This document shows positions 24,955 through 38,351 of a DNA stretch of 64,000 bases, in pieces. How positions within the stretch are numbered: the stretch's first letter is position 1; every line of letters starts with the position of its first letter. The translations under genes were made by a program, and so were the position numbers. Source of the stretch: Podarcis gaigeae. Taxonomy: Eukaryota. The stretch lies in assembly GCA_964106915.2 (NCBI GenBank), contig OZ066924.1; one strand, 5' to 3'. The notes under the pieces were generated by a model. It did no database searches, was not told where the DNA came from, and saw only the letters and a list, made by a program, of their open reading frames with translations.

Positions 24955-25556
24955 CAGTGGTGGACCTACATTTTGGAGGCCCTAAAGCTTGAACTGTTAC
25001 GGGGGCTCCTTCACAACCAGCAATGAGGTCTGGGGAACCACTGTTATCTTCCTCAGTAGGGTCATCCATGACAGATCATGACAAATTTTCCGGGACTTTA
25101 TATTTTTGGTATCTACTTAAGTACTTTTTTGAACTCCTCTAGGGTCTTGACCTCTAGCAAAAAGGGAGAAAAATACATTTGCCACATAACGGCTAACTTA
25201 TCATGGCACTCCACCTTTATAACACCCATGGGCGTAGCCAAGAGGGGGTGTGGTAGATAGCTGCCCCACTTAGCTCAAGTAAAGCAATAGAAATACTTAA
25301 CTAATTGACCAATCATGTCAGCTTGGCCCCCCGCAGCAAAAATCCTGGCTACACTCATGACTGTGTTACCGACTCTCAGACTTTAGGGTTATTGAAACAT
25401 ATACAACAAAAAATTAATCAGTTTGAGTTGTGCAACTCAAAGTGGGTCTACAAGAACCAAAAATTTTAAGCAATGAAAACTAAAGTCACTTCTGGGGCCC
25501 CACAGGGATTAGGGGCCCTCAAGCTAAGCTTTAGTTTCATAGTAGATCTGCCCCTG
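24955..25556. mobile_element. hAT-type non-autonomous element with an internal TIR-bounded module
   Basis: TIRs cagtggtggacctac / gtagatctgcccctg and a perfect 8-bp TSD gacataac (24947-24954 and 25557-25564). The inner module at about 25227-25359 is bounded by catgggcgtagcca / tggctacactcatg. Confidence 0.8.
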
Positions 25557-26633
25557 GACATAACAGTGGAATCTGAACCTAGATATATGGCTTTCAAACC
25601 TTTCTGAGGCACAACCAAGCAGCATTCTGTTCATCTCAATGTTCAAACTATTTCCACATCCCACAATATTTTCCAAAACAGTAGCATTTCTAAATATAAG
25701 TTTAATGTATTTGTATTTAGAGTAGGAAAATGCAAATCATATTCATATAACAGAGGAAGCCCCCTTTTCTTCCAAAAACATTGAATAGCTTATAGGCAAA
25801 GAAAAACACTTAATCCATTTTAATATTGAGGCATGTTGGAAAAACAAAATAGATAAGAGTATTCTTACAGGTCTCTAATTAAAATTTATGCTACTCCTAA
25901 TTTCTTTGTTTATAATTTATTTAATGTCACTGCTTTTTAACAGATGTCATAATTCAGACAATTTCTATAAACAGGAATAATCAACCATTTAAAATTGGTC
26001 CATATTCTGGACCAGCTGGCTTTATGTACACATGTGTTTTACTGGAAATTACAGCACACATTCTGTGGTATGTAGAAACAAATGATCAGTTTGAGCTTAT
26101 GAGTCACCATTTCCATTTTTCAAGTTAAAATATTTTATTTCCCTGTAATAATTGGGCTGTGCCCAAATACAAAAGCTAGATAAATGGTTATCAAAATGTG
26201 CACCAAAGGCAGAGATGCAAAAATGAGGCTACATTTTCCTGGTAATAGATTCTAAAGTTTGCTGACACACAGAAATAAATATTTATTGTTACGTACTAGT
26301 TTTCAGCATTTTTTTAAAAAATATTTCTATGCTGCCTCCCCAGCTTTAATACCTGCTCTAGAAGAGTAGTGAAAATTATAAACAAATTAAATAAGCACCT
26401 AAGGACATTGGGACATGCCAACCTATAGGCAGCAAAAATAAGCAAAGGCATATAAGAGCATGTGTTATATTTTGCTCTGTTTTTATCCACTACCTTCTAC
26501 CCCCAAAACCTCAATATATTCTTACTTCAGAGTTTACTGGGTGGGCTCATTGGCACAAGAGCTCAGACTCCAACTTGAATAAAATGGGGGTGGGAGTGGG
26601 CGGCAAGACTTGCAGAATCAATCACAAGATCAA

Positions 26634-27018
26634 AGGTAAAGGTAAAAGGTAAAGGACCCCTGGAAGCTTAAGGCTAGTCAAAGGTGACTATGGGGTTGTG
26701 GTGCTCATCTCTCTTGAGGCCAAGGGAGCCAGCGTTTGTCCACAGACAGCTTTCTGGGTCATGTGGCCAGCATGACTAAACCGTTTCTGGCACAATTGAA
26801 CACTGTGACAGAAACTAGAGCACATGGAAACAACGTTTACCCTCGTGCCACAGCGGTACCTATTTATCTACTTGCACTGGTGTGCTTTCGAACTGCTAGG
26901 TTGGCAGGAGCTGGGACAGAGCAATGGGAGCTGACCCGTCAGGAGGATTCGAACCGCCGACAGTCTGATCAGCAAGCACAAGAGACTCAGTGGTTTAGAC
27001 CACAGTGCCGCCCCCATC
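26634..27018 (-). mobile_element. Sauria/Squam1-type SINE (longer subfamily)
   Basis: (ACCTTT)n tail, core and tRNA-like head. 25-bp TSD with one mismatch (26609-26633 and 27019-27043). Confidence 0.92.
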
Positions 27019-27499
27019 CTTGCATAATCAATCACAAGATCAATCACATAATCAATCACAAGGCACACACATCATTTGAATGGCAAATGAGCACCAGCAA
27101 TTTTGGGGCAGCAGCTCCCTCATATTTTTTACTGGTTCTATGGTTCCCACACCTCTGTGACAATTTATTTTAGATAAAATATGTATGCAAAGTGGCTTAC
27201 AGTGGAAAACCTACAAAAACAACAATAAAAATTGAATTAATAATAATAATAATAATAATACCAACTATAAATATTATCAACCAATGCCCCTTTATAGCAG
27301 CCCCTTTATAGCAGAAGTGGACAACCTTTTTCAAGCCAAGAGCCACATTGACCCACTGTTGACCCTCTGGGGGTGTGATCAAAGTGTAAGCATGGGTATG
27401 GCCAAAGTAGCAGTGGGTATGGGGGTCTAGGAAATAATTTCAATGATGAGATGATATAGGAATTTTTGAAGCCCACCTGCAAGCAAAGAGTACCGACTT

Positions 27500-28010
27500 A
27501 CTAATTCCAAGGTGTTGGTGGGAAGGAAGCCATCCCATGGCCTCAGGGTCACAAATGTAACAGCTCTGCTTCTAGTGGTAGACATTCATCTTGCCCAAAT
27601 AGATAATGAATGAAACAGGTCTGATTTGGTGAATGAAGACGGCAGGAAGGTTGTGAATAGGGAGAGATCATCTTTAAGGTAGAGCTTTAGAGATTTAAAC
27701 TAACACCTTGGATTGGGCCTGGAAGCATACCAACAGCCAAGAAACTCCTCACCTCCTACTGTTGTGCCTGAAATTTTGCACCAGGTTGAAGCTTCTGTAT
27801 CATAACAAGGGCAGCCCCATGTAAAGCGCATGGCAACAGTCAATTTTGGAAGTGGAAAAATAATAATCCTGGATTAGCTTGGCCTGTCCTCCAAGACAGG
27901 ATGGAGACTGTGCAGCAGATGGAATTGACAGAAGGGTGCTCTAGAGACCCCAGCAACCTACTTATCAAAAAGCAAGGCAGAGTTCAGGATGTTACCATGG
28001 CAGCAAACCT
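27500..28010 (-). mobile_element. Highly degraded L2 ORF fragment
   Basis: Motifs such as aacaccttggattgggcctggaag and aagggcagccccatgtaaagcgcatggcaacagtccaatt parallel 53170-53350. Confidence 0.5.
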
Positions 28011-30567
28011 GCATTGATGGGGTAACAATTGCCCATCAATTGTTGGAATATTTAACCCTCCAGGACACAGGAATTTCGTGCTAGCATAAACAGGCCTTTT
28101 ATGTATATATCTGTAGGGTAGCCGTTCTGTTAAGCCTTCTGTTGTATTTCAGAGCATGATGTGATGGCATCATAGGTTTCACAGTATGGAAATAAATTAA
28201 GACTGTACTTAACAAAATGTAGACTTAACTTCCTGCAATCCTGAAGCTATTTAAACTGCATTCCTGTTATGGGGTACTCTAAATTTAAGAAGAGACCATC
28301 ACTGAATAGCTTCAAATATCACATTCTTTATTAGTTTGTCCTTTTGCTCCTAGGAGCCTTCTATTCAAATATTTGTTAAGTATATCTTACTGTTTGTTTG
28401 CAGGTTCCCTTTTCTTTTCCTGAGCTTTCCAAACTCTTTAGTAACCTTCACTATTTAAATATTGGACTTAGGCCAGCCCAAGGTCACAGAGGTCAAAACA
28501 GGGTTATAGATAATTTCCACCCTTGTTTCTACCAGCCAGCGTGTGGGAACTCAATTCAAAAGAATGATCTCAGTTACTATGCCATGGTTGCTCCCAGTGA
28601 CTAGAGGCCTCCTTCCACCCAGCCATTTCAGAAACTGAATACTTACGCATCTAACAATCAGCCCCACTTCCAGAATGCAGGAAACTTCAGAGATGAATGT
28701 GAACTGCATCTGAACCAATCTTTCCACCTTATATTTACTTATTCTCCTCGACTCCTCCCCCCAACTTGTATAAGTGCTTTTATATTTCATCATACTTTTG
28801 CATAGCTATTATGTACACTTTTGTCAAATAAAAATATGTATTTATAATTAATATATCAATGGTATCTCTCTGCTGCCTCATAAGCAAGGCACTTTGGGAG
28901 AAACACATAATGATAACAAATTCACTTTCTTTGCTTACCTGGGAGAGTAACTCATCAAACTGCAGCAGACATCAAGTAGTGTGATAGCCCCGCTTTTATG
29001 GGATGGATTTATTCTAAACTCTACATTTTCCTACCACTTAGAAATCACAGGTTTTTACCACTAGATGCCATCCCTCTGTATATTTTCCAGTGGGTTGCAC
29101 AGATCTAGCTACTCAGTTCTACACAACTCCATCTACTAAAGGAGATCCACACACAGAATGAGGTGGGGTGTTTTTTTTTTTTTGCCATGTATCCAGTGAG
29201 GATACAGATCTACATTGAACTGGCTGGAAGGGTCTTCAGATGTGCATAGACAGACATAAGGGTTGCCACTTGTTACATGAAACTACTTATCCACAACTAG
29301 AGGTGAACTGGAACCATGGCTTTTGGATTCTGACCATTCTTGATATAATGGAAGAGATTAATATGATCACTTCCAAAGCTGGTATTTTGCCAACCTCTCA
29401 GGTACCACTGAAGGACATGTTCCAGTATTAAGTACACATCCGCAACTGGGACTCATAGGAAAATTGCAACTCTACTGATTAAATAGGTACAGATGGCGAA
29501 TATGTAATTGGATTAAAATTAACCAAGAGATAGTTTAATTTTCACTGAAGCTCTTTCCTCTGCCAGCTTATTAAAGAATAGCGATGTTAGGTGAGGGCTT
29601 GCTTGAGACGCCGTGATTCAGCCTGCATATTAACACAATCGAAGCCACTTAAATACTCAAAAAGATAAAAGATCTTTTTGAGAGTGTGTTTCCCAGACAC
29701 CAAAGTAAACAGAGGAAAATATTGAAATGGCTATCTATAATAACACAACCCTGTTAATTAAATAAATAGTCTATGAATCTGCAGAGGAAAAGAACCTCGC
29801 ACCCAATGAAGCTATTTTCTGTTTTAAAAAACAGAGAACTTTCAAAAATAAAACTCTACAAATAAAAAACCCTGCTGCCATGATTTTTAAACGTTTCAGA
29901 GGAATTCTGCTGCACTCAACAGCTATATTCTCTGATACCTAGCTGGACAGTTATATTACTTATTGGTTTAAATTACACATAAGAGAGCACTCATTTATGA
30001 GTGCCACAGGACTGCTGATTGAGTCACAGCTCCCTATTTCTAGAAGTTATCCTGAGAAAGACCTACTGAAATGATTTAAATGCTCTTGCGCAACTCCCAT
30101 TCATTGTACCAGGGCTTTCTCAGGAGAACTTCCCAGAGGGTTATTCCTCAGGTAGCTATTGTTCACTGTCAATATATATTTTGGAACAGATCTCTTTTTG
30201 CCCCCACTTTTTTTTAAAAAAGGCAATTCCTCAAAGTTAACAAGTGGCCCTCCTGCATTCTTCTCTAGCCTTGTAATTCCGTGTCTTTTGACCACGACAC
30301 TTTTAATATAGTAGCCTGTAATTACAACCGCTGTCAAAAGGAGTTTCTGCAGGACGCCTTCCTCTCTGCCCATAGGGAGAACTCTGAAATGCACAGGTTT
30401 CTATCACATTTCCCCTCTTATTCTTTTCCTTTTTTAAAAAAGCAGGAATTTCTATGACATTCAGGTCAGCGCCGAGGAGATTCTGAATGGCGAATGAACA
30501 AGCCAGCCTGGTTCCATGGCTATAAAGAATAGCTGACACCTGGTGAGGTGTTTTTTTAAAAATAGCA

Positions 30568-30568
<1 letters not shown>

Positions 30569-30621
<53 letters not shown>
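30569..30621. repeat. (AAT)n microsatellite
   Basis: Read directly; it explains the poly-Ile run in ORF 30303-30782. Confidence 0.95.
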
Positions 30622-30622
<1 letters not shown>

Positions 30623-31190
30623 AGCAGTTATGTAGAAGCTGCAGCAATCTACAAATTACTACAAGGTGCTGCATCATTTGTGGTCTTGATACCTCTCCAT
30701 TTAGTCCCCCATTTCCCCCCCCCCAGTGGCGGTTTCTCCAGATGACAGCGGTCACAATCCAGCCAGCACAGCTGCTGCACAATCTCTATTCATTCAGTGG
30801 GGCTGCCGCGTAAGCCCGATTGAAGTGGCCTGGGGTAGCAAGGCTTGGTGGACTTCACCCTATGTGAACATTTTCCCTACCAGAGAATAAATGTTTTCTT
30901 TTTCTTCTCCTCAGGGTGACTATTGTCTCTGGTTGCTTCTATAGATAGTGAGTCATTAATTAAAGGCAGATTCTTTGTACAGGGCCTGTTTCAAGGCTGA
31001 CGCTTATTCCTCCTTGTTCTCCTTTACCAAATGATTTTCCCCCTCCTCTCCAGGATTCCAGCCTTTCAAGGATTTTCTCTCTCCTTTTTTTTTTTTAAAA
31101 AAAAGCATTTTTCGTCAATCTCCATTCTGCCACAAGTATTCATCTTAAGAGACAGGAAAGTGAAAGGCTAGGTTAAGAAAAACACAACCA

Positions 31191-31409
31191 NNNNNNNNNN
31201 NNNNNNNNNNNNNNNNNNNNNNNNNNNNNNNNNNNNNNNNNNNNNNNNNNNNNNNNNNNNNNNNNNNNNNNNNNNNNNNNNNNNNNNNNNNNNNNNNNNN
31301 NNNNNNNNNNNNNNNNNNNNNNNNNNNNNNNNNNNNNNNNNNNNNNNNNNNNNNNNNNNNNNNNNNNNNNNNNNNNNNNNNNNNNNNNNNNNNNNNNNNN
31401 NNNNNNNNN
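31191..31409. other. Assembly gap
   Basis: Run of N. Confidence 1.
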
Positions 31410-32639
31410 TCAAGACTAATTATGGGCCTAAGCAGCACCTTTTGGTTTTCTTTCTCCCTCCGCCTCTTATTCTCTTCTTTGGGCTACTTTAAAGCACACT
31501 CCACTGGAAAGAAAGGCTGCCCAGTCCCAGTTGGGGGTGAAGTAAAGAGAGAAAAAACAAAAAGCAACTCAGTTCAATTCAGTAAGCTTCAATGAGGCTA
31601 GTATATTTAATGTGAGCTCTGGGTTAGCCTACAGAATGCAATATTCTCAACAAAAAAAGATGTGTTTAAGGTCGGGCCAGGCCCCATAAGGCTGTTGTTG
31701 GTGTTTAAGCAGTACACCAAGGTATTTAGCTCTAAGGGTTTCTAAACATTCCAGCTGAGAAGAAAACCACAGCTTTACAGTAGCTGCTTAAAGGTTTGGG
31801 GGGCTGGGAACGTTCCCTCCCCCTTGTATTGAAAGGTCAATAAACAGTAGGAAAGATCATGTCATAACAAAGATGAAGCCACTTATTATGGAGTATAGTG
31901 ATAGCTAATGGCACTATTAGGGTAACTAATCCCATGTATTAAATGGCATATTTGTTTAAATAATATTATGATTCTTAGAACATCCAAGTGAGAGACATTT
32001 TTCATTTTGTGCAAGATAAAAAAATCTATTTGTGACAGATGTGTACTAAAAATATAGAAATATTAGCTCATTACTCCCAATAAGTGGTCATCTCTATGTT
32101 GTATCCTGAATGCATTTTTCCCCTGCATGGATGTTATTCATTTATTTTATTAAAATGCTCAAATCTCTTCTTCCTAGTGTAAAAACACTACACAGGGCAG
32201 GTTAAGTTGTATAATGTTACAGTTTCCCGAAAGTATATAAAACCATTTCAAAAAGGATACAGCATCAGCAGTTAAAAACAAGAACATGGAAACCTTGAAG
32301 AATAACAAAGTGTTCAGAAACAGATGAAAAGCAGCAGGAGAGGGAACCAACTGTACTTTGTGGGTGTGGCAAGGTGTGGGAGGCAGTACGCCTCTGAATG
32401 CCAGGTGCTGGGAACTGCAAGTGGGAGAGTGCTGTTGAACTTGTGGGCTTCCCATAGGCAGCTGGATGGCTACTGTGAGAACAAGATGCTGGACTAAATG
32501 AGCCTGTGGCCTGATGTTCTTATGGGTCCAGCCATTGTGAAGGCCCTCTCTCCCTGCCCACCCTCCATCCTTCCACCCTAGGCAGGACACAGAGAAGGAT
32601 CTCTCCTTCTCATCATATGGAGCAGGTAAGATGGTCTGG

Positions 32640-33070
32640 TAGTGATGAATGGATGTGAGAGCTGGACCATAAAGAAGGCTGATCGCCAAAGAATTGATGC
32701 TTTTGAATGGTGCTGGAGGAGACTCTTGAGAGTCCCATGGACTGCAAGAAGATCAAACCTATCCATTCTGAAGGAAATCAGCCCTGAGTGCTCACTGGAA
32801 AGACAGATCCTGAAGCTGAGACTCCAATACTTTGGCCACCTCATGAGAAGCGAAGACTCCCTGGAAAAAAACCCTGATGTTGGGAAAGATGGAGGGCACA
32901 AGGAGAAGGGGCGACAGAGGACGAGATGGTTGGACAGTGTTCTCAAAGCTACAAACATGAGTCTGACCAAACTGTGGGAGGCAGTGGAAGACAGGAGTGC
33001 CTGGCGTGCTCTGGTCCATGGGGTCACGAAGAGTCGGACACGACTAAACGACTAAACAACAACAACAACA
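32640..33070 (+). mobile_element. Bov-B (RTE clade) LINE 3' fragment
   Basis: ESWTIKKADRQRIDAFE..WRRLLRVPWTARRSNLSILKEI...WRALVHGVTKSRTRLND is the Bov-B C-terminus. (CAA)n tail. TSD aagatg(g/c)tctgg at 32628-32639 and 33071-33082. Confidence 0.95.
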
Positions 33071-33082
33071 AAGATGCTCTGG

Positions 33083-33350
33083 AAATATGTGATCCCTAAA
33101 GTTTCTTGGACCAAAGCCCTTTAGCACTTTAAAGAGTACTCACCAACATTTTGAATTGTGCTTGGAAGTAAATTGGTAACCAGTGCCACTGTTGCAGGAT
33201 CCATTTAATGGTATTCCATGGGCAAGCAGCCACCAACATCTTTGCAGCTGTATTCTGGAACAATTGAAGCTTCTTCAGATTGCCCTATGTAGATTGCACT
33301 GCAGAATTCCAACCAGGATATAACTAAGGCACCCCTGTGGGTGCCAGTTA
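33083..33350 (-). mobile_element. Degraded L2 fragment interrupted by Bov-B
   Basis: ttgaattgtgcttggaag...aaccagtgc and gccctatgtagattgcactgcagaattccaacc parallel the L2 copy at 53170-53360. Confidence 0.5.
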
Positions 33351-36300
33351 TGTCACCCTTTGCCTGCAGAACTGGCAACTCCTCACACTTTTTCAAATAC
33401 CCTTCCTTGTGGAGTGTTCCCTCAGCCTCCTCTCCCCTCTTCTTGGAAGTCCTCCAGACAGTTGCTGCTGCCGCCCTTGGTCTCTGAGCTGCCCCCCCAC
33501 CCCAAAGAGAGGTGCCTCCTCACACTGCCCCACAGGGGTCTGGGACTTGTCTGTTCATTCCCAACAGCAAGGGCTGGTGGACCGGCTGGCTGGGCTCCCC
33601 TGCTTGCTTGCTTTCTTACTCCAAGGTCGCCTCACCTCTGGGCAACCAGCACCCCCTGGCCATTCACCCTGGGGAGCTTGAAGGCAGGGTTGCTGCAACA
33701 AACAGCCATGGAAGCCTTTGGGGGGCAGAGACACAAGAGGGCATCAGAGGAGGCCAGGAAAGAGGGACAGAGGCCAGTGTTGTTCACGGCACCCCTGACC
33801 ATCATTCAAGGCACCCCAGGGTGCCACAGCACACTGGTTGAAAACCAATGATCTAAGCAATAGGGCACAGCTGGTAGCCCAGGCACTGCTGACCAAAGCT
33901 ACAGCTGCCACCTGGTCATACAAGTGTAAGTAGAATCCAGGAGCACTCCACAGAATGTGCACCCCAAACAGTCTGAATCCCTATTCCAGAGTCTTCACTC
34001 CTTCCTGAACAGGAGTACCAGTGACTTGTCTGGATTTGTTTGTTAGCTATTCCCGAACTCATTTTTTACAGGATCTAGCTCACAATAGCTCCCTTGGTAT
34101 TAGATGAAAATAAGAAGCAGAGTTAGTTACCACCTTTATAATGATGATAGCATGCCCCAAATCCTCCAGTGGCATGTGGCAGGGTTGGGTAAAGTTGCAG
34201 CAACCCCCTCTCAGCAGTGCTGTTCTTACCAGGGTGGGGATGGAGTAGGGCATGGTACTGGCAAGGTCAGGGGAGCACCTGCGGGTGTGCACTTGTGGGG
34301 CCACCACTGCTGCCTTGGAGCTCCCCTGACACCACCACCACCTCACCCTGTCCCATCACCATCTCGGAAAATGACAATGCTGCAAAGAGAACACTCCTGC
34401 CTGTCTGCCCTGCTTATGTGGCACTGCTGTCCAAATCCCGGATGACCTCTCCGCAAAACTACTTTGGATTATTAAGTTTCCCTGGAGTTCTGCTCTTAAA
34501 AGGCTTTCATTCGCACACAATTATAGCTGTGAAATGTGCGTGACTATTTTTGCCTCTGAGAAGTCCTTTTTGCTCCACAAATATAATATAATAAAATAAA
34601 AGGGTTCTATAACTAGTTCTATAAAACTAGTTCTATAGGAAAATGGCACACAGGGTATGGAAGGATGAGGACTCGGTTTGAATTCTTGCGGTCTTCCTCG
34701 GATTGGATCCAATTAGCCTAATTTGGACATGAGTTTTTCAAACTTGTGCAGTGCTAGCCTCAAGCTTTAATGGGATCTGGGGTCATCTTGATGAGCTAAC
34801 AGCCATCAGCCATATTCTGATTTTACTTTCTGTAGTAAATTTAGAGGGACTTCAAATGTTATGCCCACATGGGACTGTGATAGGTGTGATTTGCCACTGG
34901 AAAGTCAGAAAAGATACATTTATTTCAGACTTTCTGTCACACAGACACAGTATTGATTTATGCACCGAGAAAGAGAGATGTAAATGTCCCAGCAAAATTG
35001 GGGAAAAGATGGGGGTGGGAAGAGATTGTAGCTTGCAACTTCTACTAAGAGTTAAAACAATAACGTATCCTACATGGTAATATGGTGGTTTAAAAATAAT
35101 AAGGGAGTTAGCATGGAGCATGCACATTGGCCTGCAACTACCAATTAAATCTCCTTGTTAGACAGGTAATTTATTCCACTCAGCGGCATCAAATATCACA
35201 CAAAAAGGGGGCAAAACAGTAATTATCTTCATGGAATTCAAAGGCTTGAAAGCCAATAATTCCAAAGAAATAAAAACAGAGTGCTTTTCATAGAATATGC
35301 TTCATCTTAAGGACTGTAATACAAGCCAGGCCCTAGCTGTGACCCTTTACACTTCAAGGTGAAAAAGTAGGTTAAAGAAAGTGAAGGCAATAATCATGGG
35401 GCTTTTCTACATAAAACAGTCTGTGAGTTGAGGTCAAAGATCAAACACGCAGGGCACTACCTGAGTCACACAAAGATCTGATGCACAATAGAAATGAAGG
35501 GCTCGATTGACAAGAAAGGCCATTAAGGCTAATCAGTTAGAAAACCATTGGGTAAATAAGGCACCAAAATACATTTTAACTCTGATTTCAAAACTCTGGT
35601 CAAGCTAAAATAAAGTTCTCCTTTACATAAACAGTCATTGTGAATAAGAAACTTTCATCAAAGTCAGTTTAAACATTTTCATCTCATCTTTGCCTGCACA
35701 CCAGCCAGTTATATCTTTCACACCATGTGAAAGAAGCTTTAAGCAGAACATTTTTTTGAAGTGGCTACTTTTACATATGCTTGCAAAGATGTCCTTATCT
35801 GAGGGTTGCATTCTGTTCCCTCTTTTTTTTTAAACATCTTTGTCTCATTCCATTTTTGGAGCTGTAGCAACTTAGATCCTCGTCTTGAGCATATGTGAAT
35901 TACGGGGGCTGATTTCAAGGAAAATTACATATTCCTTTTTAGCTACAGGTTTGTATGTATTTGAACCATCACAACTTGTCTGCAGCGGACAAGCTGAGCA
36001 TCTTGATCATGTGAGCTGAGAACATGCAACATTTCATCTCAAAAGGTCAAGGCCTTGGTTCACAGATCCAGCATTTATATTTATTACCTCTTTATTTCAT
36101 TAATTGTTTTAATCTCACAGGGCAGGGATGCAGTGGCATGCATTTTCCCATTTAATTTAAAAATAAAATATATAGAGAGGTATGTAAACCATGCTGGTAG
36201 GATGCTTTCTGGCATCTTGGTGAAACTTCATGACTGGGTCTCCTCAAGGAATCTTGCTCTTGAACCTTGTATGCAGACTACAAAAATCATGATATACTTG

Positions 36301-36627
36301 CCCATATATATTTGCCCATAGTGTCCAGAGCAGAGATGGTGCCCAGAGGGCTGGAGAGTGGCATCTCACCCTGATGCCAATTAAAGGGAATTAACTATGT
36401 CAACACCGGGGCTGGCATATTACAGGGCCTTTTGTGGTGGGGAGTCATGTACTGGAAACAAGAGGGCTTAGGATTTTGTGGATCCACAGCCTTATCTGAC
36501 ATACTCCATTTTGGGACTTGCCACTGGCAGAGCATGGCTAGTGGAAAAACAGCAGCAGGGAAGCTTTCATCCACCATAACAAAGATATCTTATTTGGTAG
36601 AACATCTTCTCTGCCTTCAGAGAGGTA

Positions 36628-36774
36628 GGACTGGATAGCTCAGTTGGTTAGAGTGTGGTGCTGAAAATGCCAAGGTTGCAAATTCAGTCACTGTAAGGGA
36701 TAGCTGCATATTCCTGTATTGCAGGTGCTGGATGAGAAGATTCTCAGGGTCTCTTCCAACCCTATAATTCTATA
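36628..36774 (+). mobile_element. tRNA-derived SINE with a CR1-type 3' tail (Squam2-like)
   Basis: A-box tagctcagttggttagag and a degenerate B-box, then cagggtctcttccaaccctataattctat matching the CR1 end at 18935-18972. Confidence 0.8.
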
Positions 36775-38318
36775 CCTCTCTACCCAACTGCCCTTCAGCT
36801 GCCCTCCCCAGAAGCTTCAGTTTGCTCTCTAAAATAGACATGCATGGACCCTAGACTCTAGCTTGATGCTTGCTTGCAAAATCCATCACTGAGTTCATTG
36901 CCACTTACAGGGGCAACGGAGCCAAAGTCTGCACACTTCTGCACACAGTTGACACGGGGGTCAGGAAACTGGCATGTCAAATCGCCCCTTGCTTTGCTTC
37001 AATCACTTGATTTTGGTGGCCTGCAATACAGGTTTCAAGCTGTACAAGCAATTCTACTTGGCCTCTGACCAGCATATTGCAAGCTGGATCTAAGCCTGCG
37101 AAAACACACACATAGAAAAGGCTTCACGGTAAGAGCTCGCTCTGTTTATTTTTCCAATCCAAAGCATTTCAGTGATCCATAGTGAAATCAGAAGAACATA
37201 ACAGGAGCCTGCTGGATCAAGCCAATGGCCCATCTAGTCCAGCATCCTGTTCCCATTCCCAGATGTCTGTGGGAAACTCTTAATTAGAGCAATGACTGGC
37301 TGCACAGGATGCTTTTGTCTTTCCTGCTAGTACATAGGGATGCTGGGCATGGGTGCCCGTAGGGGTGGGGGAAAGGGGTGCATTTACCCCTCCCAGATTC
37401 CTAAATGTATTTCTTTATTTACACACCCACCCTTCCCCAGTTAGTCAACAAGATGTTTAGAGCAATCAATGAGGCCACTCCTACTGTCAGACATGGACTC
37501 TCTGCACTCTTCTGGAGGTGAGCAGCACAGAGGAATGCTGCCTTATCTGATCTGCTAATGCTGCTTCTGAACATATTACAAGATTTGGAAAACCCAGAAA
37601 TATAATGTCCATTGTTGTTGGTATTAACACTAACACTGTATTAATACAAACAAAGAGACTGTGGTGCCTTTATGAGATAAGGTGAGAAGCTTTGGGGTCC
37701 TGCTGGACCCAGTCCTACTTGTTGAAGAGCAGTTGGGGCCAATGTTTGCTTATTCATTCCATGTCCAGAATGGAAATTGACTCAGTGAATACAATCAGTA
37801 TTTGTTGCTCTTGCCTTCAGTCCACAAATGATACATAATTTATTACACCCCTCCCCCAATTGTTCTGTGTTTACTTTGCACTGAAATGAATGTGGTAGAG
37901 TAGCATCATGATGATGTATGTTATGTAAATTATGTAAGTTAGGTAATTTAGGTTGCCATATTTCTAAAATGGAAAATCTGGTGTTGTTGAGCTTTTTGGG
38001 GAAAGTTATTGAGGTTTTTCTTTGTGTGTGTGTGTGTGAAAAATGACACTTCTGACAGGGCTTGCCATACGCCCAGGTTTTCCCAGATGTATTTTTTGAA
38101 GGACAAAATTCTGGACAGATGGAAGCCCTAGGTAATTTCACTACAGCAGTAGATGAACTGCAGTGGATCAAAAACAGTGCTGTATGCAACCAAAACAGGA
38201 AAAAATAGAAACTGATGTCATCTTACATCCCTGCTATTACAGAAAGCAGGAAGGCAACTGAGGAAGAGAGAGTAGCAGTGACAACAGCAGCACAGCCAAT
38301 GAGTAGATCCATACTTAC

Positions 38319-38351
38319 CTTTGGTGCATTGCTGGAGACATTCACAGGATT
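38319..38351 (-). CDS. Candidate 33-nt microexon, or the end of an alternative first exon
   Basis: Near-consensus donor AAG|gtaagt, an upstream pyrimidine tract and a weak aag acceptor. Frame-preserving; reads NPVNVSSNAPK, or MSPAMHQ- in another frame. Confidence 0.35.

Noticed and set aside
28925-29000. Minus-strand donor CAG|gtaagc with an upstream ATG and a TATA-like cataaaa, as a stand-alone feature
   Set aside because: cttacctgggag is also the core of a common palindromic MITE in this window, so the donor may be repeat-derived. It is kept only as a weak member of the exon-candidate finding.
30446-30542. Plus-strand exon-like segment (cag|...|gtgagg)
   Set aside because: It has stops in all three frames and a poor pyrimidine tract. 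It may be regulatory but cannot be supported as an exon.
33337-34543. Cluster of overlapping 90-160 aa ORFs
   Set aside because: GC-rich, repeat-derived sequence with few stops; no recognisable domain or coherent exon structure.
36628-36700. tRNA gene
   Set aside because: The B-box and acceptor stem are degenerate, and the sequence runs straight into a CR1-like tail, so it is a SINE head.
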